DNA of 64,000 nt. Source: Firmicutes bacterium ADurb.Bin182 (GTDB lineage Bacteria; Bacillota; Clostridia; Christensenellales; CAG-138). The position numbers and the translations under genes are program-made. The notes under the pieces were generated by a model. It did not search any database and was not told the DNA's origin. It was given only the letters and a program-made list of their open reading frames with translations. This document shows positions 54,979-62,995 of the stretch, one piece after another (within the stretch, counting starts at the first letter, position 1; each line of letters starts with the position of its first letter). The DNA lies in NCBI GenBank assembly GCA_002070205.1, contig MWCU01000023.1, positions 6,671 through 70,670 on the forward strand. Reading direction: 5' to 3'.

Positions 54979-56412
54979 TTAATCTCTGTATTGAATGTCC
55001 GGTACGTCAGGGTTGACGTATTCCTTTGGCGCAACAACGTGCAACTGATTTCTTATCACTTGGCGCATTGCCTTAGCAGGTTCAAGGCAATACTTCACGA
55101 ATTCTTCCCGTGGAATATCAGCACTGGTTTTTGCGTGAGGGAATAAGAGTTTAACAAACCCTGTGCAGAGACGAGAGATTGCATCAAGGTCACGCTTGTA
55201 TGCTTTCGGAGGGACAGAGAGACATGAATCCACCAAAGTTGAATAATGCAGTTCATCGCGCAGTGAATGTAGGACTTCTGCAAAATACTCAGTATTTAAA
55301 GCCCATCCATTAGCAACCAAGTTTTGATGGAATTTTGGTATTTTCCATCCCGGTATAAAGCCATGTATCCGATCAAGTGTTTCTGCTTTACGGAAAATTG
55401 GGTTTATCGCATCGACCATGTTGACCTGCGTGTTAAATTTCTCCGCTTCTATATTCCCCAAAACAACAATCCCTGAACTGGCAGGAATTTCAGAATCAAA
55501 CCCCTTAACGATACCGTCTTGCATATAGGTGGTAAGAGCAGCCTGTATCTGTGCAGGTTCAAGGAATTTCATGTTCTGTATTTCATCAAAAGCAACGTAA
55601 TCGAAGCGTGTAACAAGCCCTGGGGTTTTTAAATTATTATCATAGAATAGAGTAGCTCTTGATACCGTGCCACCCGAAACAACCCAGCCGCGTTTGCTAA
55701 TTTTTTCGTACACATAACTTTTACCTGTACCACGCGGAGCAAGCTCAATCAAGTTTACGCGCCGTTCAACGAAAGGTAACAATCGACGGATAAAATACAT
55801 TTTTTGTTCCTCGGTGTCATATCCGTCAGGATTATAGTCTACGGAAGAAATAAGCAAATCGAGCCATTCCTCAGTAGTGAAATTGTTACGAGCTTCTCGG
55901 TAAAATTCCAAGTCCACACTATATGGGCAGAACGGCTGGTAACCAATCAGCTTGACATAGCCGAGCGGAGGCTTTTTAGAGAAGTCCTGCTCCCATACCA
56001 GGTCAATGATTCCCCAGTTCTCACTTTCACGGAGTAATGTGTCCTGCCATCTGTTGACCACGTCGTTAGCAACTTCACCACCAGCACCAGATTTCGTGCC
56101 GCCGAAGTCTGGTAGCTCAAACAGAGTCTTTCCCGTTCTGACATCGACACCAACTCGAATTCTGGCAAGAAAACGGATGCTCTCCCCATTGACCATCTGG
56201 AACTTAAATTGCTCGTAATCCTCACGGTTTGGGATATATTTCTTAATATAGCGAGCTACACCGTTGTAGTCAATTTTCCCGTTTTCATCAGAAAATTTCA
56301 TTACAAGCCAGTCTCTCATGTAAGATGGCAGACTGAGGTCGGCAAAAAACTTTGTACGTTCCGGATTCTTAAGTACCACCATCTCTGCGAAGACTTCTTT
56401 AATCTTGTCCAT
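54979..56412 (-). CDS. brxL: BrxL-like AAA+ ATPase (short form, no recognisable Lon protease domain)
   Basis: Walker A ELAPRGTGKSYVY and Walker B YVAFDEIQ. Overall resemblance to the family of about 470 aa (TIGR02688-type) that co-occurs with PglZ. Positioned immediately downstream of pglZ. Confidence 0.7.
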   Translation of the reverse strand: MDKIKEVFAEMVVLKNPERTKFFADLSLPSYMRDWLVMKFSDENGKIDYNGVARYIKKYIPNREDYEQFKFQMVNGESIRFLARIRVGVDVRTGKTLFELPDFGGTKSGAGGEVANDVVNRWQDTLLRESENWGIIDLVWEQDFSKKPPLGYVKLIGYQPFCPYSVDLEFYREARNNFTTEEWLDLLISSVDYNPDGYDTEEQKMYFIRRLLPFVERRVNLIELAPRGTGKSYVYEKISKRGWVVSGGTVSRATLFYDNNLKTPGLVTRFDYVAFDEIQNMKFLEPAQIQAALTTYMQDGIVKGFDSEIPASSGIVVLGNIEAEKFNTQVNMVDAINPIFRKAETLDRIHGFIPGWKIPKFHQNLVANGWALNTEYFAEVLHSLRDELHYSTLVDSCLSVPPKAYKRDLDAISRLCTGFVKLLFPHAKTSADIPREEFVKYCLEPAKAMRQVIRNQLHVVAPKEYVNPDVPDIQYRD

Positions 56413-56423
56413 TGGCTATCCTC

Positions 56424-56624
56424 CTAAAGAAACAAAGTGCAGCCTTGTTCCTTGAACTCTTCAATCTTAACCTCTAAATCACTGCGATGGCATTCAAGAT
56501 ATTCAGCAAGACAGTCAATACAGTAAAACTCGGTTATATCTCTTCCGAGCATTTTCTGTGTTAGTGCTACCTCATCCTTGCTCAAAATCTTCTTGCACTC
56601 TGTGCATGTCTTTTTTTCTCTCAT
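56424..56624 (-). CDS. 66-aa four-cysteine zinc-ribbon protein
   Basis: CTEC (aa 7-10) and CIDC (aa 35-38). The start codon overlaps the pglZ stop (TAATG). The stop is 11 nt before brxL, whose RBS is AGGAGG. Confidence 0.6.
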   Translation of the reverse strand: MREKKTCTECKKILSKDEVALTQKMLGRDITEFYCIDCLAEYLECHRSDLEVKIEEFKEQGCTLFL

Positions 56625-58735
56625 TATGGCAACCCCAGAATATCATCATTAATCGTTATTCCCTTTGGCTTTTTTATTGTTTCCTTGGGAGGAAGTGGAG
56701 TTTTTCGGGTTACGACTAGAACAGGTACAAGGTATTCTTCAGGTGTCATGCCGCCATGAACTTCACCTGCAACAGCCTTTTCGTCGGTATTGCCGCCCGC
56801 CGCATTGCCTGACAGTTTAAAATGCTCATAGGTTTTCATAACGATATAGTGTTTCCCATCAATTTCTGTATGCTCCATTGACGCGGTCAGTGCAACATAA
56901 CTCTCTTCCTTTAACTCGACAAACCTTCCAAAGGAGTGTACGATGGCGTCCTTGGGTGGCTCAACAGCAAAATTTTCTGCATCGTGAAAGAGTAAGGCTG
57001 CAAGCCTGCTGCTACCGTGATCTCCAGTTACAATAACCCTGTTTACTTTAGACAGCATTTCTGACACATGTTCAACAATCTCATTCATAATTTCCAACTG
57101 ACGAGCAATACACAGGAAGTAATCCTTATCATCCGGCATACCATTATGAGAGAGTTTGTCGAGCCTATCCCATTTTATATCCGCAGCCGTCCACTTATGG
57201 TTGTATTCAGTTTCCGTCGGCAAAAGTGCTTTTGCAATTAACGGCTTTACGGTCACTGCAATACCTAGAGAATTTAGCCGCCTCAATAAAATAGGAATCC
57301 ATTCTGCACCTAAGCCGTCAACCCAAAACTGAAGAGTATCGTCAGTGCTATTTTGTTGAATAGCTTTATTTCTGCTGTCGATAGAATCAAAATCAATAAT
57401 ACAGGGTATATCTGTGTTCGGCTTATTTAACAATTTACTCCGGCGATACCAATTAAAATACTGTGTTATTGCTCCTGTATCAGTTGAATCAGGATTTAAA
57501 TACTCGGCTAAATCAGGGTAATCCGATTTGAGTAGTTCGACGAGAGCATTGATTTCAGCACCACTACGCAAGAGACCGCTTACTACTCTCACAGCATATG
57601 CACGTTCCGCAAGCGTCCTATATGTCAGCATCATCAACCGGGATTCAGGGGCAGGGATTTTGTCGAGTCTTACAAAATACCCATCACTATAAGATAGGTC
57701 AAGAACCCTCAATACAGCAGTCCTTTGCTGAATGAAAGAGTCCGTCAATTTAGGCAATTCGAAAATTGAGTCTCTAAGCGAGATAGGTATCTCATCCGCT
57801 GATGCTACTTTATTGATAGCATAAGTGTAATAATCATCTGATGGGTAGAGTTTATACCATAAACGCAATAAATTTAATTCTATATCCGAGAGTTCGTTAA
57901 AGCGCGCCAAAACACTGATGGGGTTAAAACTGTGTCCGATGTTAAGCAGAAACTTAATGGTTTCTGCAAAGGGTTGACCTTGTTTGGTGTTCTGAGCAAT
58001 GTGCTTCCAAAATTCTTCGTTTCCGTCATCCTTCCTAAGCTTCTCACCATCGGCAACAAGAGAAGCAACATAAGCAAATGGTTCATCAATGATACTCAAC
58101 CGGACCCCGCCATATGTTGGTTCTGCATACCGATATAGTTTCGTTTGGAATGAAAAGCTGTTTCGGTTCTTGTCGCTGAACAATGTTGTCCACTTCAAAA
58201 ACCATTCTTGCAAATTCGTAGCATCTACGGTTATTGCATCCGTAAAATCCGGTGAATAAATAACAAGGCTGTATTCCGACTCAGCCGATGACTCGTTTAC
58301 CTCCCAAACGAATTGCTGCTGACGCTCATCTTGGATAGGCATAATCGAATCAAATATTTCTCTGCTGCCAAATATAGGAATTATATACTTCGTTGTAGAT
58401 TTTTCCGACTGTTGTTGCTCCCATAGGCTGGGGAAATTAGCGGTTGTCTTATCGCGTTCCCGCTTTATACAGATACGGAGATATTCCCCAAGCGAGAGGA
58501 GAAGCAGTTGCTTTTCCGAATGCTTGCTTAACTCGTTTTTGAAATCCTTGAAACGTGGTAGGACATCTCCTTTAGTGAAAGCCGAGAGGTCAATGACCTC
58601 ATCGCACACAGTCTTAAGTTCACCGACCAAGGAGAGATAGTCGGCGAAGTTGTGAGCAAATATTAGCCGCGTCGGGAATCTACCGGGCGTTTGTCGCTCG
58701 TTGGACACCTTTGTAACAATTTCAGCAATGTTCAT
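56624..58735 (-). CDS. pglZ: PglZ-domain alkaline-phosphatase-superfamily protein
   Basis: FWVDGLGAEWIPIL (start of the PglZ domain) and RVIVTGDHGSSRL (metal-binding DHG). 703 aa. Flanked by BrxC-like and BrxL-like genes. Confidence 0.85.
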   Translation of the reverse strand: MNIAEIVTKVSNERQTPGRFPTRLIFAHNFADYLSLVGELKTVCDEVIDLSAFTKGDVLPRFKDFKNELSKHSEKQLLLLSLGEYLRICIKRERDKTTANFPSLWEQQQSEKSTTKYIIPIFGSREIFDSIMPIQDERQQQFVWEVNESSAESEYSLVIYSPDFTDAITVDATNLQEWFLKWTTLFSDKNRNSFSFQTKLYRYAEPTYGGVRLSIIDEPFAYVASLVADGEKLRKDDGNEEFWKHIAQNTKQGQPFAETIKFLLNIGHSFNPISVLARFNELSDIELNLLRLWYKLYPSDDYYTYAINKVASADEIPISLRDSIFELPKLTDSFIQQRTAVLRVLDLSYSDGYFVRLDKIPAPESRLMMLTYRTLAERAYAVRVVSGLLRSGAEINALVELLKSDYPDLAEYLNPDSTDTGAITQYFNWYRRSKLLNKPNTDIPCIIDFDSIDSRNKAIQQNSTDDTLQFWVDGLGAEWIPILLRRLNSLGIAVTVKPLIAKALLPTETEYNHKWTAADIKWDRLDKLSHNGMPDDKDYFLCIARQLEIMNEIVEHVSEMLSKVNRVIVTGDHGSSRLAALLFHDAENFAVEPPKDAIVHSFGRFVELKEESYVALTASMEHTEIDGKHYIVMKTYEHFKLSGNAAGGNTDEKAVAGEVHGGMTPEEYLVPVLVVTRKTPLPPKETIKKPKGITINDDILGLP

Positions 58736-58746
58736 CGTAGCGCCCC

Positions 58747-61700
58747 CTAATTCAGGAAATAGCTGTACAATTCGGGATTCTCATCAAGAAGTTTAAGTAC
58801 GATATCTCTTAGATCTTTCTCTGACATTTTTGACCCTATACGCTTCTTTGCTTCATCAATATATGTCTTCTGTAGGTAGGAATCAAGAACAGCACGTATC
58901 TCGGGAATTTTGCTTTCCCATGTATAAACGTCTGAAGTCAACTTCGAATTAGTCTTGAGCCTGTCAATAAGAATTTTCCTGTCCGTGTTGAATGCTGGAC
59001 GGTAATTTTCCCCGATGTGAGCGAAGAATCTGTCGGCAATATACACCGAGTCCTTGAGTACAGCAAGCCCACCGCCATTTAAGAAAGTGATGGCTTTTGC
59101 GAGAGCATCTTTTTCTACTACTTGTCCATCTTGTAGTGCCTTAATTGTCCTTATAGCCATAATGCTCGCTCCGTCAAATAACCACGCTATTGGTATGTTA
59201 GCGTTGTTGCACCATTCCCGTACACTTTCCATACCAGTGGCATCATAAAATAGTTTTTTAGCTTTTGCTGAGTCACGGGTGTACTGAACATTGTCCAGCA
59301 AACCATTCAACTTGGTATCAAAGACACTTATCGGCGTTTCATATGGCTGCTGTTTTAGAGCAGTATATACCTCTTCCAACTCATTCTCAGTAACTGTAAT
59401 ACGGCGGGCATTGAAGACCGCTTCAAGGAGCAGCTTAGGTTGGGAGAGATTTTCCCATGTGGTTTTTGCGCTTCCTTCTAAAGTTCCTGCAACACTTTCC
59501 TTGTTAGCAAGCTCAGCCCATGATACTTTTGAAATCTCACGCAGAAGTTTTAGTGCCGGTATCCAGCTAAAAGGCAAAGTTTCTAAAACTGTGCCAGGAA
59601 TCTTCATGTGTTCAAAAACATTATTCAAAGCGTTCTGTGCGGCGCGATAGGTCTTTAGATTTGCACCAATTTCAGCTTTGATGGTGGCAATCACCTTTAA
59701 CTCCTGTGCCAATTCTACAAGTTTATCCGATACCTGTTCTTCACGCCATGCCGATATGGAATCCTGTAGATAAACCCGTAATGCGTCAAAAATATCCTTA
59801 TCCGTAAGATCAAGACTATGGCTCAGGGTTTCCATCTCAACGGCCTTAGAAAACATGAATTGCTTGAAAGCTGAGAGCATGGCCGTTTTATCAGCAAGGG
59901 AAGTGGTTATAGATTGGCGAAGGTGTCCCCGACCATTAAACTGTGTAAGTACTTCCGCCATGACCGTTTCTTGGTCTTCAGTCGTTTCGTAGATAAAGCT
60001 GCAAAGCAAATCGGTTATCTTAACAACTACTGTTTTAAACTCATCACCGCCGAACTTCTCGGCAGGCATATATTTCAAAGCCCAAATAGGAATACCATTT
60101 CTTGTAATCGTCTGCTTTATGAATTTTCGTGCTTCGGTATCGCTCACTGCTTCCTGTGCCGAAAGCCCGAATAGTTTTTGTATGTACTGTTTGAACTTTT
60201 GCCAAATGGCAGAGCCAGATGATAGGTTATGGTTGATAGTTTTACCATCGAGCATATTACTGACCATGCTCGCAAGATTGCCCGCTGTTGGGGGCAGGGT
60301 GTTTACGCCATCGAACCAGTTAAACGATCCGTTGACGAGTGATCGCATTGCAAGCCCAAGAAAGCAACCGACCGTCATCGAGTTGTAATATCCGAAAGGG
60401 GGCTGTTGCAGCTTCGCCCAAAGTACATCAAGTGGAATTTTTGCGCCTCGGGCAAATTCCTGCTGAAAATATGAGGCTAGAGCAGAAATGATATCTGCGT
60501 TTCCACCGCTAAGATTTATCAGGCCGTCCAAGTCATCAATTTCCCACGCTCCAATAACCTTTAATGCATTTACGATGTTGTTAACTTGCGCGTTGGTCAC
60601 CTCTTTAGTAAGGCCAGCCAGGACAACTTTATCAGTACACTTTTTATATGCCGTGTTAACCGTCACAAGGCGTTCGGGAGCAGCTGGGAAAACGTTATAA
60701 AGTACATCTTTTTCTATCCGCTTCATCAGGTCGCTCTTCCCATAAATCCCTGTGAATTGGATATCGCCGTAGCAAGCATAAATCTGGGAGTCTAATGCGG
60801 GACCTGCCCATGTGGCAACAATCATATTCGCTTCTGTTTCATATTTGCCCGCATCACCAGACTTACCTTCTTCAGCGCAGAGTTCTTTGTGCGTAATGGC
60901 TTTGTGCCAACGGTCAAGCAAATCTGCCGTACATGGTTCACGGAGCATTGCGATGACTAGACGCTTGCTATCGTCTTCAGATGCAAGTTGCCTTATCTTG
61001 GCTTGGAAACTGGTATACTCTCTCGCTTCGGAAATAGTCACAACAAGTATACCAATTTTATATGGGTGCTTTTGGACTTCCTTCTTGACCTCACCAAGAC
61101 GTGTAGAAAAAGAATTGGTCTCCGACGAACAAGCCGCGATGTACACACGTCCTGCTGTAGCTCTCGTAGAATCCCACATCCCATTCTCAAGTGCCTTTGA
61201 GAAAATCCCCTTTTCAGCGAAGAGGGCATATCGCGTATACTTTTTCTTCGTCATCTCAAGCCTAATATCGAATGTATCTATGTTCCCTGTATATGGCAGC
61301 TCCAAGCGAGCATCGCCGTTAGGCTGCTCTCCAATACTAAGCAAGCCGATTTCCTTAAAGGAAGTAAGATATTCATCAATAGTTGTCTGTTCAATTTGAC
61401 CACGAAAGCATTTATAGAGTGTATTTCTTGTTGCACCGATTTTACCATTTGAATGGCTTTGTTTGCTATACAAATTACTTATGTTACTACCGCTCATTAC
61501 GGCAATGAGAAGCAATGCGGCTTTAAAGACATGCAATGCATACTCGTCGGAAATCGAATTAGCTTTATTTTGAAAGTATTGTATAGCTTTTAATGCTTCT
61601 GGAGTAAAAGTCTTTACATCTTTATCGCGTGTGTCGGATTCTACAGTAAAGAAATAATCCCAAAGGTAGTCAACAGTCAACCACTGCCATTTGTCTGGTT

Positions 61701-62982
61701 CATTATTTTCTATATAGTGAATAAAGCCAATACCTTTTGAGGATTTTGCTCCATCTTTCATAAAGCGGAACAGTGTTCTCTGGGAAGCACCAAAGTGTTC
61801 TGCTACAGTTGCAAGCATCGCAAGCGTCATAGGGTGAATCGGACAAAGCTTCGTAAGACGCTCATTTATATTAATGCTCTGGTCAAGATTGTCGAACTCG
61901 GTCTTATACTTTGCAATGGATTTCATCAAGTCCTTTTTCACTTCATCCCATTGGGTTGCCATACCCGGACGCGGCATAATGGAATCGCCTATCAAATCAT
62001 ATGCAGCGCTCTCAGTGATATGGAACTTCAATTCGTGGTAGCGGTGTAGAATTCTCTCATAGGTTTCATCACCAAGTTCAGATACCCAAGTCGGGTCACG
62101 GTGAACAATCAGACACATGAAGAAAGGTGCATTGGGCTTTGCTTTTCCGTCTTTGTCCACAGATTTGCAGAATTCAGAAAGTCGTTGTAGTACATTATCA
62201 TCACCGCAATCCCGCAAAAATCCGGTAAATTCATCCCATATAAAGACGATGCCAGTATCAGAGAGGTTATTACCGGAAATGATGTCCTTTATCCATTCTT
62301 CAAATCTATCTACAACACTCGTGAACATGGTGCGCTTATTATCGTCACAGATTCGCTTGACTAGATGGATGGCATCCGAGTCTCCGTCCAAAACTGCTTG
62401 TCGGAACTCAGCGAAATCGGAATATTGGTCGGAAAGACCGTACTGAATATCCGTGAATAGATATGTCCAGTTGATGCTCTGATCGTTAATTGCGTCCTTC
62501 GCAGCGTTTATAAGCGAACTTGTCCCATAGTAAGCCTTGTCGCCGAACTTTTCTTTCAGTTTTTCCTTTATCTTTACCTCCATCTCCATCATGAGATGAG
62601 TGCCACTTTTGATGTCAGTTGCTCCGCTTTTCCAAACAACTAGAAAGTCACCTTTTTCGCGGATCTTGATAAACCGCTTCTTGTATTCAGCAAGAGAGGG
62701 GCGACTTAAAAAGGAATCGATATTAGAAATACTGTCCTCGAAAAGATGCTTGAGTACGATGGCAGCGTAACTCTTGCCCGTGCCATACGCCCCATGAATC
62801 CAGAAAGAACGGCGCTTGTCGTTATCCTCCCATAGCATTGTTTGACATACTGCGTCAATAGCATTTTTCATATCATCGTGGACAATGTACTCTTTCCACA
62901 GATTAGGATTGCGCTCTTCTGCATCCAAGTCTACAACAGATTCGTAGTTTGCAGACAATTCAATATAGTTGCTGTACCTCAT
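58747..62982 (-). CDS. brxC: BrxC/PglY-like large P-loop ATPase (1411 aa)
   Basis: Walker A HGAYGTGKSYAA (aa about 64-75) and Walker B IVFIWDEFTGF. Very large alpha-helical remainder. Sits upstream of pglZ, as in BREX operons. Confidence 0.7.
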   Translation of the reverse strand: MRYSNYIELSANYESVVDLDAEERNPNLWKEYIVHDDMKNAIDAVCQTMLWEDNDKRRSFWIHGAYGTGKSYAAIVLKHLFEDSISNIDSFLSRPSLAEYKKRFIKIREKGDFLVVWKSGATDIKSGTHLMMEMEVKIKEKLKEKFGDKAYYGTSSLINAAKDAINDQSINWTYLFTDIQYGLSDQYSDFAEFRQAVLDGDSDAIHLVKRICDDNKRTMFTSVVDRFEEWIKDIISGNNLSDTGIVFIWDEFTGFLRDCGDDNVLQRLSEFCKSVDKDGKAKPNAPFFMCLIVHRDPTWVSELGDETYERILHRYHELKFHITESAAYDLIGDSIMPRPGMATQWDEVKKDLMKSIAKYKTEFDNLDQSININERLTKLCPIHPMTLAMLATVAEHFGASQRTLFRFMKDGAKSSKGIGFIHYIENNEPDKWQWLTVDYLWDYFFTVESDTRDKDVKTFTPEALKAIQYFQNKANSISDEYALHVFKAALLLIAVMSGSNISNLYSKQSHSNGKIGATRNTLYKCFRGQIEQTTIDEYLTSFKEIGLLSIGEQPNGDARLELPYTGNIDTFDIRLEMTKKKYTRYALFAEKGIFSKALENGMWDSTRATAGRVYIAACSSETNSFSTRLGEVKKEVQKHPYKIGILVVTISEAREYTSFQAKIRQLASEDDSKRLVIAMLREPCTADLLDRWHKAITHKELCAEEGKSGDAGKYETEANMIVATWAGPALDSQIYACYGDIQFTGIYGKSDLMKRIEKDVLYNVFPAAPERLVTVNTAYKKCTDKVVLAGLTKEVTNAQVNNIVNALKVIGAWEIDDLDGLINLSGGNADIISALASYFQQEFARGAKIPLDVLWAKLQQPPFGYYNSMTVGCFLGLAMRSLVNGSFNWFDGVNTLPPTAGNLASMVSNMLDGKTINHNLSSGSAIWQKFKQYIQKLFGLSAQEAVSDTEARKFIKQTITRNGIPIWALKYMPAEKFGGDEFKTVVVKITDLLCSFIYETTEDQETVMAEVLTQFNGRGHLRQSITTSLADKTAMLSAFKQFMFSKAVEMETLSHSLDLTDKDIFDALRVYLQDSISAWREEQVSDKLVELAQELKVIATIKAEIGANLKTYRAAQNALNNVFEHMKIPGTVLETLPFSWIPALKLLREISKVSWAELANKESVAGTLEGSAKTTWENLSQPKLLLEAVFNARRITVTENELEEVYTALKQQPYETPISVFDTKLNGLLDNVQYTRDSAKAKKLFYDATGMESVREWCNNANIPIAWLFDGASIMAIRTIKALQDGQVVEKDALAKAITFLNGGGLAVLKDSVYIADRFFAHIGENYRPAFNTDRKILIDRLKTNSKLTSDVYTWESKIPEIRAVLDSYLQKTYIDEAKKRIGSKMSEKDLRDIVLKLLDENPELYSYFLN

Positions 62983-62995
62983 AACTCAATCTCCT

